This document shows, piece after piece, positions 1 through 10,885 of a stretch of 64,000 nucleotides of DNA. The notes below the pieces were generated by a model. The model saw only the letters and a program-made list of their open reading frames with translations, ran no database searches and was not told the DNA's origin. This DNA comes from a virus. Location: IMG/VR virus record IMGVR_UViG_3300037487_001316, positions 1-64,000 of that record; one strand, written 5' to 3'. The translations under genes and the position numbers were made by a program. Position 1 is the first letter of the stretch; each line of letters starts with the position of its first letter.

Positions 1-373
1 CGACGATATATTTAATCATACACTAAGTTGGGCTCTTTCTCAACGACTCGCATCGTGGGTAAACAATAATCATCAGAAAAATATGATTTCTATATCAGAG
101 AATAGTCCGATTACTGTTGATCATATAGCATTCCGCGGGCTATTAAGAGAATTGTTACATTTTAATAAGAAATTTAATGATGGCAGGCCTGTTATTAGAT
201 TCGAAGATGTAATTGCACTAGATAACGCCAGGGATTTCTGTACTTTATTTAACTTAGATTTTGTAGATTTTGAATTTGTAAAAATAGGAGAAGAATTTGG
301 AAACCATAAATTGCAGATGATAGCCAATATAAATGAGCTTCACGATATTTACACCGAAGAAATAGAAGAATGA
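1..373 (+). CDS. hypothetical protein, 5'-partial (runs off left edge)
   Basis: Frame of ORF 83..373 is open back to position 2 (DDIFNHTLSWALSQ...); stop overlaps next ATG (ATGA). Confidence 0.7.
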   Translation, partial: DDIFNHTLSWALSQRLASWVNNNHQKNMISISENSPITVDHIAFRGLLRELLHFNKKFNDGRPVIRFEDVIALDNARDFCTLFNLDFVDFEFVKIGEEFGNHKLQMIANINELHDIYTEEIEE

Positions 374-1107
374 GTAATCATATTCATCAATATTATCCTG
401 TATTCACATATTTTGCAAATCAGTTAGATCAATCGTCAGAGTGGTGGACTGATAAAAAAGTATTAGATTTTGGTGGAAATTGTGGTAACATCTTAAGAGA
501 TCCGAATTGCACTATTAAGCACGAAAATTATTATTGTTTAGATATATCGTCGGCCGCTATAGAAAAAGGAAGAGAAGATTTTCCAGAAGCACACTGGCAT
601 CATTATAATCGATTTAATATCGCATATAATTTCGATGGTAATAAAGATGAACCGTTTCCTGTGTTTTCTGAAAAATTTGATGTGATTCTAATTTATTCAG
701 TTTTTACATCTACTTCTAGGTCCGAAATGATAAGATGTATAAACTTAGAATTATTACCGTTATTAAATCACGCCGGGATGCTTATCAATACATACCTAAG
801 TTTAAATAATTATGGAGTATTAAAAGGATTCTTAAATAAACGACAAACAAAAAAGGAAGACCAAATTAATATATTAAATGAAATTTATGGAAAAGAATAT
901 TTTTATTTAATAGGGGAAGATATAGTTAGCACAGAGGAAGATTTTATAAATTATAATAATCAAGGATGGGCATTGTCTTTTTATAAAGATGAGGAAATTT
1001 GCAGAATATTTCCTAATTGTGAAATTAAATCGTTTAAATTAAGTACTGACGGCCAAAGAACTAAATTAGTACATCATAGTATGCTAATTTGTGCCCGGGT
1101 CGATTAA
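370..1107 (+). CDS. class I SAM-dependent methyltransferase
   Basis: KKVLDFGGNCG motif I, YYCLDIS motif II, KFDVILIYSVFT motif IV. Confidence 0.8.
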   Translation: MSNHIHQYYPVFTYFANQLDQSSEWWTDKKVLDFGGNCGNILRDPNCTIKHENYYCLDISSAAIEKGREDFPEAHWHHYNRFNIAYNFDGNKDEPFPVFSEKFDVILIYSVFTSTSRSEMIRCINLELLPLLNHAGMLINTYLSLNNYGVLKGFLNKRQTKKEDQINILNEIYGKEYFYLIGEDIVSTEEDFINYNNQGWALSFYKDEEICRIFPNCEIKSFKLSTDGQRTKLVHHSMLICARVD

Positions 1108-1680
1108 ATTCAATTTTGAAAATGCCCATGCTCGTTCCTTACAGAAGAAGCATTCGTTGCATCGCCCAGCTACTTTCATGCAACATGAATGTGTAAGTTT
1201 AAGCATTTCTTCTATCTTGTATTGATAGTATAAAGAGATAACAAATGCCTTATCATAATTAAAGAATGGATGTTGACGTATATCTGTTCGAATAGTATTT
1301 TCTCTGGCCGGGTATGTAAAGGTTGTCTCTAATTGTATATCTGGGTTCTTAGTTGTGCCTGTAAGAAGAATATCGGCCTTATATTTAAGCAAAGCATCTA
1401 TCATCCCGGATCCGACAAATTTACTATGATGCACGTCTGCATCACCTACATAAATTACGTCTGGCAATTCTGTATTGAAATAACTTTTTAAATAATTTAA
1501 AACATTAGTTGTATGAGCGATAGTCCCGGTTCGTCAAGATACGGAGTAAGGTACAATTTTACAGTTTTTATTTTCTTCTATATTTTGTTTATGTATTAAA
1601 TAAAGGAGTATAGAACTATCTGCACCACCGGAAAACATTACACCCAGATGTTTATCATGATAGGAATCTATTATATTCAT
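1084..1680 (-). pseudogene. QueC-like PP-loop ATPase with an in-frame TGA (codon 49, 1536..1534); nonsense allele or readthrough gene
   Basis: Reading from ATG 1680 gives MNIIDSYHDKHLGVMFSGGADSS...PYSVS*RTGT... in frame with ORF 1084..1467, whose end THSCC..RCNECFFCKERAWAF is the QueC Zn motif; collinear with intact paralog 19143..19751. Confidence 0.75.
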
Positions 1681-1728
1681 ATTCTTATTTATATAATAAC
1701 TATTGTCACCATGATAAATACTTGTATA

Positions 1729-2178
1729 ATGAATAATATTGAAGAAATTAATTTTAAAACTATATTACATATATGGAAAAACGAATTATGGCCCGGCAGA
1801 ATATCACCTATAGAAACGCATAGTGCTATGTTATATCTTCATAATCATGATATGAATAATTTTTCATTACCGAATTGGTACCATGGATGTTATATAGATA
1901 ACAAACTAATAGGAGTCAATAGTGGACATCTCTGTGTTAATAACAATGTAAGATCAAGAGGCCTATGGGTTTGCCCAGAATATCGTAAAAAAGGCTACGG
2001 AAAACAGTTATTATTGGCGACTGTAGACAAGGCAAAAACACTTAATGCGTCTTTTGTTTGGAGTTACCCACGGAAGTCATCCTGGGTGACATACAAATCT
2101 GTCGGATTCAAATTAACTACCGAATGGCAGAAAAGCGAGACAAGTGATGCGAATTGTTACTGTATACTAGATCTATGA
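1729..2178 (+). CDS. GNAT-family acetyltransferase
   Basis: LWVCPEYRKKGYGKQLL acetyl-CoA motif A, YKSVGF motif B; start chosen downstream of GATAAATA. Confidence 0.8.
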   Translation: MNNIEEINFKTILHIWKNELWPGRISPIETHSAMLYLHNHDMNNFSLPNWYHGCYIDNKLIGVNSGHLCVNNNVRSRGLWVCPEYRKKGYGKQLLLATVDKAKTLNASFVWSYPRKSSWVTYKSVGFKLTTEWQKSETSDANCYCILDL

Positions 2179-3110
2179 ATATTTACACATCCGAAGATAA
2201 TTGGTATAAATGGCGCTATAGTAATGGTCCACTTTTTGGCAGAAGAGAAAGAAATTTTAATTCATTGTTCGAGACGGAATATACCAAATATTACGGTCAG
2301 GTAGGCACCTTTAAAGAAGAATTACAGAAGGCAGCAAGAAGCACGCTAGATCATTTTCCTGGATTACGACCTTCTATATTATTCAGCGGAGGTATGGATA
2401 GCGAGGTTCTTTTAAGATCCTTTATTGATATTGGAGCAAATCCTGCTGTGTATGTTTTTAGATATGAAGATAATATAAATTATGAAGATGTGTTAATGGC
2501 AGAAACTGTATGTAGAAACTTGAAAATAAATTATAATATTATTGATTTTAAATTACAGAAATTCTTAGAGAATGAAGTAGAGAAGATATCAGAAGAGGCC
2601 GAAATAGATTATCCTACAGCCTTGACACATATGAAATTTTTTGAATTAGTTGATGGTTTGCCAATATTAGGTGGCGGCGACCAACGTTGGATAAGGAATA
2701 ATACCGATTACACTACAAGGGGTATATGGTCTGGGGTGTGCGACGAATTTGAGATAGGCTGGTCGAAATATATTCGACTACACAATTTACAGGCAGTAGC
2801 AGAATGGTATAAATGGAGTCCTGGATTAATAATATCATATTTAAGATTAAAATGGTTTAACGATTTAATCGATGATAAAATTTATGGTAAACTAAGTGTA
2901 AAATCAACCAAATATATCGGATATCAAACTGTGTATCCTGATATTATTGTAAGAAAGAAATTAACCGGATTTGAAACAATCCAGGATTTAGTTATAGAGA
3001 TTGAGGCAACACTTAAGGATAAATATTCCACCTTACCTTATCGAAATACATATAATAGAACTATAAATCAGGTATGTGAAGAACTGATAGGAGAACAAAA
3101 TGACAGTTGA
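2175..3110 (+). CDS. PP-loop (adenine nucleotide alpha hydrolase / asparagine synthetase C-domain-like) protein
   Basis: ILFSGGMDSE; YKWSP; RKKLTGFE. Confidence 0.7.
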   Translation: MNIYTSEDNWYKWRYSNGPLFGRRERNFNSLFETEYTKYYGQVGTFKEELQKAARSTLDHFPGLRPSILFSGGMDSEVLLRSFIDIGANPAVYVFRYEDNINYEDVLMAETVCRNLKINYNIIDFKLQKFLENEVEKISEEAEIDYPTALTHMKFFELVDGLPILGGGDQRWIRNNTDYTTRGIWSGVCDEFEIGWSKYIRLHNLQAVAEWYKWSPGLIISYLRLKWFNDLIDDKIYGKLSVKSTKYIGYQTVYPDIIVRKKLTGFETIQDLVIEIEATLKDKYSTLPYRNTYNRTINQVCEELIGEQNDS

Positions 3111-4653
3111 TATTTTATTATTTACAGATAATACACAAATACTATTTGTGAGATCTGCCGGTGCATACGCAGTTGCCACAACATTACGAGCTGCCGGTTA
3201 TAGCGTTCAGGTAGTAGATCATTTTTTATTACTGGGCGTGGAAAAAACACTGGCAATAATAGATAAATTTGTAGGGCCAAATACTTTATTTGTTGGATTC
3301 GGTACCACATTTATGAATCCAACATACAGACACCTTAAAGAGACCGAAGTTAATAATCAAATATTTACTTACGATGGCTATTGGACTACAACTTCAAATA
3401 GGAATATTTATGTTGACACCATAGCCTATAGAGTACCAATAAGCGATCCAGAGATGGATGCCATTAAAAATAGAATTACATCTATAAATTCGAAGACAAA
3501 ATTAGTAATCGGCGGATCTAAAGCAAATGACTTAAGACAGTCGCAAATGGATGTGTTTATTATCGGTTATGCTGAGCAGAGTGTTGTAGATTTCGCAAAG
3601 TATCTTCAGGGAAAAAATCCGTTTTTTCATTACAGAACTACACAAGCTGGTCAGATGATTGTTGATCACGATATTGATGCAAAAAATTATAATTTTTCAG
3701 AATCGGGTATAAGGTTTTCTTCAACAGACTTAATTGACAGTACAGAACTCTTACCGTTGGAGGTTGCTCGCGGTTGCATATTTAAGTGTAAATTTTGTTC
3801 GTTTCGACTCATCGGGAAGAAAAAGAATGATTACACAAAAACATTTGAGGCATTATATAGTGAGTTAATGTATAATTATGATAATTTTGGAGTAACAAGA
3901 TACACATTTGTTGACGATACATTAAATGAATCTATTTACAAACTTGACCATATATTAGGGGTGGTAAAAAAGTTACCATTTAAACTAGAAATTGCATCAT
4001 ACATAAGACACGATTTAATACATACCTATCCCGAGATGGCCGATATGTTATCTGAAATTGGATTAAAAGCGGCATGCTTTGGTATTGAATCTTTAAATCA
4101 TGAGACAGGAAAGCTTATTGGTAAGGGGTTGCATCCAGAAAAAACCAAAGAATTATTAACTTGGTTACGTAATGAAAAAAAATGGAAGAATAATATTCTT
4201 ATGTATTCGGGTTTTATAATAGGTTTACCTAAGGATACAGTAAATACGGTTACAACCTGGACAGAAGAAATATCGGACCCTAGTTATCCGCTAGATTCTG
4301 TCTATCTTATTCCATTAATGATGATTAGTGATTCTACTCGTTTAAAAAAATCAGAATTTGAGCTTAATTATGAGAAATATGGATACACGTACGAGACAGG
4401 TTCGACTGTTAGGTGGAAAAATAAAGACTGGACTTATGATAGTGCAACTGCCTTTGCAAAGAAATATACGCTCCGCAATTGGGAATCGAAACGAAATACT
4501 GTTACCTCATTTGCTTCTGTGGCATTAAGAAGTTATGGATATTCCTGGGAACAAATTTTTGCCATGCGTGAAAAGGATTATAATTGGCACAATATATTTC
4601 AGACGAACATTATTCGAACAAATACATATTATGATAACTTAATAGGAAATTAG
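3100..4653 (+). CDS. radical SAM enzyme with N-terminal B12-binding-like domain
   Basis: EVARGCIFKCKFC CxxxCxxC; FVDDTLN; FGIESLN; FIIGLP. Confidence 0.8.
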   Translation: MTVDILLFTDNTQILFVRSAGAYAVATTLRAAGYSVQVVDHFLLLGVEKTLAIIDKFVGPNTLFVGFGTTFMNPTYRHLKETEVNNQIFTYDGYWTTTSNRNIYVDTIAYRVPISDPEMDAIKNRITSINSKTKLVIGGSKANDLRQSQMDVFIIGYAEQSVVDFAKYLQGKNPFFHYRTTQAGQMIVDHDIDAKNYNFSESGIRFSSTDLIDSTELLPLEVARGCIFKCKFCSFRLIGKKKNDYTKTFEALYSELMYNYDNFGVTRYTFVDDTLNESIYKLDHILGVVKKLPFKLEIASYIRHDLIHTYPEMADMLSEIGLKAACFGIESLNHETGKLIGKGLHPEKTKELLTWLRNEKKWKNNILMYSGFIIGLPKDTVNTVTTWTEEISDPSYPLDSVYLIPLMMISDSTRLKKSEFELNYEKYGYTYETGSTVRWKNKDWTYDSATAFAKKYTLRNWESKRNTVTSFASVALRSYGYSWEQIFAMREKDYNWHNIFQTNIIRTNTYYDNLIGN

Positions 4654-4654
4654 A

Positions 4655-5491
4655 ATGGGCCTGTTAGTAACATTTGACCCGTTTAGGGTGATATACCCCG
4701 AGATTACTTCTGCTATTAAGGATTTTAAATCTGAGTGTATTTTAGCAGTCAACAAGATCGCAGATAAGAATACAGATAAATTACCCTACGCCATAATGGT
4801 TAGTGGTGGAATAGATAGCGAATTAGTTGCAGAATCATTTTTATTAGCAGGTGAACATTTTATTTGTGCCATAGGTAGATTAATGACCTCAATTAACAGC
4901 CATCGAATTGAGTTTAACCAGGATGATTATCGATATGCTGTAGATTGGTGTATTCGAAATAATGTTGAGATAATATTTATAGATATTGATATATTTAAAT
5001 ATAATGATTTAATATGTAAGTATACATTAGATTCTGCGGGATTTTCCCCGCAGTATGGCTGTCATATGTTTGTTATGAAACAATTAAGTGATATGGGTTA
5101 TTTTTTTGTTGCTGGGAACGGTGAAATGGATTTTGTATTAAGAAATAACAAATATTTTATGCTCGATGAACAACGAGAATTTACATTGTTAAATTTTTGT
5201 AAGAATAATAATTTATGCGGTGAATTTCAATTCTGGAAGCAAGATAGCAGATTAAGTGCTTCTTTTCTACAATTGCCTACAGTAAAAAAGTTAATGGAAC
5301 AGAAAGTTACGAATATACTAGATTTCAAACACGTTTGTTTCGCTGATGTCTTTAAATCTGTTGCCAGAATAAAACAGACTGGATTTGAATTAATTCAGCA
5401 ATGGGACTATATACATAGAAATTATTTAAAGACAATAAACGGGCAGTTTGATGAGAAATTTTATACACCGGCGGAGAAATTTATACTATGA
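4655..5491 (+). CDS. PP-loop protein
   Basis: IMVSGGIDSE; RIKQTGFE. Confidence 0.7.
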   Translation: MGLLVTFDPFRVIYPEITSAIKDFKSECILAVNKIADKNTDKLPYAIMVSGGIDSELVAESFLLAGEHFICAIGRLMTSINSHRIEFNQDDYRYAVDWCIRNNVEIIFIDIDIFKYNDLICKYTLDSAGFSPQYGCHMFVMKQLSDMGYFFVAGNGEMDFVLRNNKYFMLDEQREFTLLNFCKNNNLCGEFQFWKQDSRLSASFLQLPTVKKLMEQKVTNILDFKHVCFADVFKSVARIKQTGFELIQQWDYIHRNYLKTINGQFDEKFYTPAEKFIL

Positions 5492-6381
5492 GACTGTTAA
5501 GTATTTTGATAATAGTATTAGCTTCGACGGTTGCTAACGCAGGCACAATAAATGCCGAACTAGCAAAATTACCTAGAGAATTTAATGTCTATTCGTCGCA
5601 GTCTTCGGGCACTAAAGATACTGTTTGCAGGTCAATTCTGGACCTATATTCCAAAAAATTTAATGCAGTTCCGGTATTTGTTGTTAAAAAGGGGGCTGGT
5701 GGGACAATTGCAATGGAAGAAATGCTGAAGGATAAGAAATTCTCAGTTTTATGTTCTGGGCCATCAGAGAGTATATACAATATAACAGTATTTTCGGGGC
5801 ACGAAAAAGAATATAAAATGTTAACCATGGTAATAATATTGGCTATCGGGCCAACAACAATTTACACAAAGACTGATGGTAAGTTTAATTCAATCAATGA
5901 TCTCCAGAAAAAGTCGTTTATAACCGTAGGGTTTAATGCTCAGGGGCCGAGATCGATAGCAGAAATAATATTTCAGAATAAAGATGTTGTCTGGGTACCA
6001 TTTATAAACTCGGTTGATTCGTTATCGTCGTTAATGGATGGTTCTTTAGATGTGTATATTGATAGTGGTAGCTTAGAAGAAATAGCAAGAGCCAACAAGA
6101 TTAAAAGTTTAGGACATTTTGGTGGGACACCCGACCTATTAGGGCGCGATCTGGGATTTGATTTCCCGCAAGCAGCAAAGTTGCCAGCATTCGTTGCCTT
6201 GACTACATCTATAAATAATTCTTTAGATGATATAGAGCAACTAAATGTTGAATTAAGAAGCATTATTAATTCAGCAGAATATGCAATAGCTATTGCGAAA
6301 ATAGGATGGGTACCGGTAAGTTTCACAGTTAAGAACTCTAACGAATTGGTAGAACAATTCAAATCTTTGTTAAAAAAATAA
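5488..6381 (+). CDS. Bug/TctC-like periplasmic substrate-binding protein
   Basis: Signal peptide; VVKKGAGGTIA; WVPF..S..SLMDGSLDVY; paralog of 9998..10885. Confidence 0.65.
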   Translation: MRLLSILIIVLASTVANAGTINAELAKLPREFNVYSSQSSGTKDTVCRSILDLYSKKFNAVPVFVVKKGAGGTIAMEEMLKDKKFSVLCSGPSESIYNITVFSGHEKEYKMLTMVIILAIGPTTIYTKTDGKFNSINDLQKKSFITVGFNAQGPRSIAEIIFQNKDVVWVPFINSVDSLSSLMDGSLDVYIDSGSLEEIARANKIKSLGHFGGTPDLLGRDLGFDFPQAAKLPAFVALTTSINNSLDDIEQLNVELRSIINSAEYAIAIAKIGWVPVSFTVKNSNELVEQFKSLLKK

Positions 6382-6382
6382 A

Positions 6383-7555
6383 ATGCAGCATCACTATAAA
6401 CTCGGATTCTACAACGTCGGGGATAAAACTTTTCTAAATAAGGCCGATGCGTTAATAGAAGCAACCCGTCTTAATACTTCTGTATATTGGAATTTTAATG
6501 ATTCTGTATTCTCCTCTATAGACTGGAGTATACCGATAACAACCGGATTAAATGAACTCTATAGGAAAAGGGCATTGCAACTTAGGGAAAAATATGATTT
6601 TATTTCTCTATATTATAGTGGCGGAGTAGATAGCACAAATGTATTACACTCTTTTATTAATAATGGAATATTATTAGATGAAGTAGTAATGTATCGCCCC
6701 AGAATTTTAGAATCAGAATCTAATTCACTTGATAGAACAAATAAGAATATATTTTCGGAAATAGAATTTGCAGCAATACCTTACCTACAAAAAGTGCTAA
6801 AGGATAGTCGCACTAAGATTAGAATTATTTATATTGATGAATCTATAAACGATTATCTTTCAGATGATAAATTGGTAGACGAGTTTCAAACTATTAATTT
6901 GTTTATGCCTACCGGGGTCGGCCGATTATCAATGAATCTAACAGACTCGACATGGAATAATTTATTATCTAATGGCAAGAAGCTATGTCATTTACACGGG
7001 ATAGATAAACCTATACCCAAATTAGTAAATGGAAGATATACATTTCAATTTCATGATACTGCTGTAACTCCTGCAGTTAATATTCCTAAATATAATTCGG
7101 CACGTTCGGAAATGATGGACCATCAATATCATGAGTTATTCTATTGGACCCCAGACCTACCACAAATAGTAATTAAGCAGTGTCAGGTAGTTAAAGATAT
7201 TAACACAGACGGATCTTTAAATTCGCTGTTCGAAAACTCAGATAGATGGAAACAAGATAAATTTACCTTCATACATAAATTTATCTATCCGGTACAGGTT
7301 AATGCTGTTCGAGATCTATTTGTCACTGAAAAACCGGGACCCGATATTTATTCGGGACAAGGTTTTTGGTTCTACGATAAAATGAATGAATATTCAAAGG
7401 GAGTGTTTAGCGATATTATTAAGAACATGCAAGATAATATAGATACTAGATTCTTTCGTGGTTTTAATAATACCAATTATTATCTGGAAGACCCCGATAT
7501 AGGTAGCCCAAAAACGGGATTAAGAGCTATTAAAAGTAAGGCACATATACTATGA
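6383..7555 (+). CDS. PP-loop protein (long type)
   Basis: YRKRALQLREKYDFISLYYSGGVDSTN; HGIDKP; FYWTPDLP. Confidence 0.7.
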   Translation: MQHHYKLGFYNVGDKTFLNKADALIEATRLNTSVYWNFNDSVFSSIDWSIPITTGLNELYRKRALQLREKYDFISLYYSGGVDSTNVLHSFINNGILLDEVVMYRPRILESESNSLDRTNKNIFSEIEFAAIPYLQKVLKDSRTKIRIIYIDESINDYLSDDKLVDEFQTINLFMPTGVGRLSMNLTDSTWNNLLSNGKKLCHLHGIDKPIPKLVNGRYTFQFHDTAVTPAVNIPKYNSARSEMMDHQYHELFYWTPDLPQIVIKQCQVVKDINTDGSLNSLFENSDRWKQDKFTFIHKFIYPVQVNAVRDLFVTEKPGPDIYSGQGFWFYDKMNEYSKGVFSDIIKNMQDNIDTRFFRGFNNTNYYLEDPDIGSPKTGLRAIKSKAHIL

Positions 7556-8505
7556 AAATTGATTATACTCACAATAATTTCTTTAGGTGTGGTTGGGGGG
7601 ATAAAAACACATTTAATTTTAAAAATAAAAAAGATTTAGACTATTGGGTCACGTATGATTGTGCCAAACAGATGCCGGGTACCTTTAGGGAAGAGTGTGT
7701 ACGTGCTGCAAAACTAATAGGCGAACAATCGAAAAAACCGATATTAATATTCTTTTCAGGCGGGATCGATTCCGAGATAACAGTAAGATCATTTATGGAT
7801 GCAAATGTAGATTTTACAGTTTGCATTGTCAATTTGTATTATGATAATATCTTATCTAATACACACGATACTAATTTTGCTTTTTCTTTTGTTAAGCAGC
7901 ATAATCTGTCTGTGAAAGAGATTGATTATAATTTCAGCAATTTCATGAATGAAAGATATATCGATGGTGTATATACATACCAGACGTGGTTACCTGGATC
8001 GATAATGCATGCCGAATTAGTTAGTATGTTGTGCAAAGATTATCTATGCGTGTTCGGCCTCGGCGATATCCTGCTAAAACGGGCAAGACATAACGGGTAT
8101 CCCGATGTGGATGGTATCTCTGTTATATCGGACCCTAAATCAGTTACTGCTATTCATGCGGGAGCTCTGATGGCTGAGCCGGTAATTGCTGAATTTCTTG
8201 CTTATACACCTGAACAGATGTTGTCGTGGATGTTACATCCCGATATTCAAACTTTTATTAAGTATGAGAGAGCATTTCCTATATTAGACATATATAACTT
8301 AAAACCATTTATCTATTTTAAGATGTGGCCGGATATGGCAGTAAGGCCGAAATATTCCGGATTAGAAGGCATACATCGTCTTTCAAAAAAAGAAATCTGG
8401 ATGAATGACCCTGTTTTTAAAGAAGGTATGAATATAACTTCACAAATGAATGTGAAAGTTCACATCTCGAGCTCAGAATTAATTTCGATGCTATTGCCGA
8501 GGTAG
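7552..8505 (+). CDS. PP-loop protein
   Basis: IFFSGGIDSE; AYTPE; RPKYSGLE. Confidence 0.7.
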   Translation: MKIDYTHNNFFRCGWGDKNTFNFKNKKDLDYWVTYDCAKQMPGTFREECVRAAKLIGEQSKKPILIFFSGGIDSEITVRSFMDANVDFTVCIVNLYYDNILSNTHDTNFAFSFVKQHNLSVKEIDYNFSNFMNERYIDGVYTYQTWLPGSIMHAELVSMLCKDYLCVFGLGDILLKRARHNGYPDVDGISVISDPKSVTAIHAGALMAEPVIAEFLAYTPEQMLSWMLHPDIQTFIKYERAFPILDIYNLKPFIYFKMWPDMAVRPKYSGLEGIHRLSKKEIWMNDPVFKEGMNITSQMNVKVHISSSELISMLLPR

Positions 8506-8508
8506 ATC

Positions 8509-9453
8509 ATGTCTGTATATAATGATTATTTTCAGTGTTACTATAATAAAGATCCCACGCAGATTCTTAGAAAGAGTGTCGACGATAAATGGGGATTACA
8601 TCTTAACATTACAGGAAATTGTAAAATAAAGTCGTTTAAAGAAGAGGTATTGAATTCTTGTGAACTGATGTATGACGCATTCAAAATATATACACCTAAA
8701 TTGAATTTATTTTTTAGTGGTGGTATGGACTCTGAATGTATACTTAGATGCTTCACTGAACTCGAGATACCGGTAAATCCTGTTATTATCATTCACTATG
8801 GAGAAGAATCGGCACCTGAAGCGCAGCAGGCATTACGTATCTGTGAGGAATTATCATTGGTACCGACAATTATAAATATTGACCTATCCAAGCTTTTCGG
8901 TGCCGGGGTATGCCACGATATTGGAGAAAAATATAGAACTAAAGAGCTGGCAATGGTTGAATTACTATATGTAATGGAAAAATTACAAGAGCCTTCGATA
9001 CTATGTGATGATATTCAACTCTCTTATCATAGTTCTTCTAAGAATAAACTTTCTAAGAGCGAAACCAATTATCAACAATGGTTTTATTCTATAAGAGAAG
9101 ATCATGACGGTGTGTTTGATCGGTTCGAATATATTACGGGTATTCCTGTATTTTCTGATACATATAAGTTTACCAAGGAGTCATGGGCTGCGATGCTTAT
9201 GACCCCTGTTATTCGAGATATAGTCTCGAATAAAAGAGGAAAAGCAAGTGGAAGATCATCTAAGAATAAAATGATGTCAGCAGAATTCGGTGCGGAATGG
9301 AGAGAAAAGACTGCGGTATTTTCATCTGGAAATATTCTTCGCATCACGCGGGCATTACATAAAGATTTGGGAGAATTGATACCAGTCAGTGATACCCATA
9401 CTATTGAGTATTTCAAATTATTATCTTTATTGGGAGCATATGAGTCAATATAA
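8509..9453 (+). CDS. PP-loop protein
   Basis: LFFSGGMDSE. Confidence 0.7.
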   Translation: MSVYNDYFQCYYNKDPTQILRKSVDDKWGLHLNITGNCKIKSFKEEVLNSCELMYDAFKIYTPKLNLFFSGGMDSECILRCFTELEIPVNPVIIIHYGEESAPEAQQALRICEELSLVPTIINIDLSKLFGAGVCHDIGEKYRTKELAMVELLYVMEKLQEPSILCDDIQLSYHSSSKNKLSKSETNYQQWFYSIREDHDGVFDRFEYITGIPVFSDTYKFTKESWAAMLMTPVIRDIVSNKRGKASGRSSKNKMMSAEFGAEWREKTAVFSSGNILRITRALHKDLGELIPVSDTHTIEYFKLLSLLGAYESI

Positions 9454-9988
9454 ACTATTGTCACAAGAAGACAGGCCGGCATTTAATGAGTTAATGAAAA
9501 TTGAGAGATCATCCAAGCATCTGATTTATAAAATACCCAATAATCTTCAATTAGAAAATTATTATTTCGATGATACAGAAGATTCTCATAAGATATTTGC
9601 CGCTATAACCGATGGTAATTTATGTTCTTGTGTATTTTCTGTATTTTCGATGCAATTGAGAACATGGCAAATAAGACATGTAGTGGGCGATTCCTTAAAC
9701 AGTCTTTTAAGCACTGTTAATTTCGTAATATCTTTCGCTGAATCGATAAACTATTATAGATGGAATGCTGCTTATTTTGGAAGACAAGATTTAGTGTGTG
9801 AGCGAATAATGAGATATAAAGTACCACTGTTCAGAAGGTATAATGTTGGAGTTGAAGAAATAATTCCTGCTTTTAGAAAATCGTCATTCGTAAACTATTG
9901 GAGCAGCTTTCAAGATTTTGAAATTACTTCGTCATCAAAGATAATTAAGGAGTATTCTTTAATTGATTGTTATAGAGATTTCGACTAG
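9440..9988 (+). CDS. hypothetical protein (possibly GNAT-like fold)
   Basis: ORF in operon, GGAG upstream of ATG 9440; no clear motif. Confidence 0.5.
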   Translation: MSQYKLLSQEDRPAFNELMKIERSSKHLIYKIPNNLQLENYYFDDTEDSHKIFAAITDGNLCSCVFSVFSMQLRTWQIRHVVGDSLNSLLSTVNFVISFAESINYYRWNAAYFGRQDLVCERIMRYKVPLFRRYNVGVEEIIPAFRKSSFVNYWSSFQDFEITSSSKIIKEYSLIDCYRDFD

Positions 9989-9997
9989 GAGAATTTA

Positions 9998-10885
9998 ATG
10001 ATTTTAAGAAATATATTGTTATGTGTGTTGGTATTGTTTGCCCCGTATTGCTGGGCATCCTTACCGAACGAATTTTTTGTTTATACGCCACATGCTGGTG
10101 GTAAAGATGCTGTGTGCAGGGTAATATTTAAGTTATATGCTGAAAAATATTTAGCAAATCCTGTATTTATAACTAAACAAGGTGCATCTGGATTAATTGC
10201 AATGGAAGAAATGCTGAAGGATAAGAAATTTTCTGTTCTTTGTTCAGGAAACTCGGAGAGTATGTTCAATAATGAACAATATCCGGGGCACGAGGAATCA
10301 CACAAATTATTAATGTTGGTATCAACTACAGCTCAGGTAACAACTGGTTTTTACACGGGGGTTAATAATCCTGCAAACGATATAAGAGAGTTATTAAAAA
10401 CATCGAAGCTAATAAAGGTGGGGTATCATACAAATGGTACTAAGTTCATAGCCCAGGTAGCATTTAAGGATTATCCGATAATGTGGGTACCCTATAAGAC
10501 ACCCGGGGACTCTCTGCCATCGTTAATAGACGGCTCGCTCGATTTATATACCGACGGTGGTTCTTTGGATATATTAGTTAAAGGGGGGAAAATAAAAAGT
10601 ATAGGACATATAAATGGTGCCGATAGTACATCCGGTCCTGATGTGACTAAAGATTTCCCCGACGCGGCAAAAATTAAGAGTATTCTTGCAATTTCGACTT
10701 CTTTATTAAACAACATGAAAGACATTGAGGAATTGAATCAACGGCTCAAGCCCTTAATCTATCATCCCGACGTTGTGAAGATCTTATCTGATTATGCTGG
10801 TATACCTTATTGGCTATCTGTGAAAGATTCGAATGATCTTATTATCTATATGAGAAGCAAATATAAATTGCTTGGTAACAGATGA
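9998..10885 (+). CDS. Bug/TctC-like periplasmic substrate-binding protein
   Basis: Signal peptide; PHAGGKDAVCR; KQGASGLIA; WVPYKTPGDSLPSLIDGSLD. Confidence 0.7.
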   Translation: MILRNILLCVLVLFAPYCWASLPNEFFVYTPHAGGKDAVCRVIFKLYAEKYLANPVFITKQGASGLIAMEEMLKDKKFSVLCSGNSESMFNNEQYPGHEESHKLLMLVSTTAQVTTGFYTGVNNPANDIRELLKTSKLIKVGYHTNGTKFIAQVAFKDYPIMWVPYKTPGDSLPSLIDGSLDLYTDGGSLDILVKGGKIKSIGHINGADSTSGPDVTKDFPDAAKIKSILAISTSLLNNMKDIEELNQRLKPLIYHPDVVKILSDYAGIPYWLSVKDSNDLIIYMRSKYKLLGNR

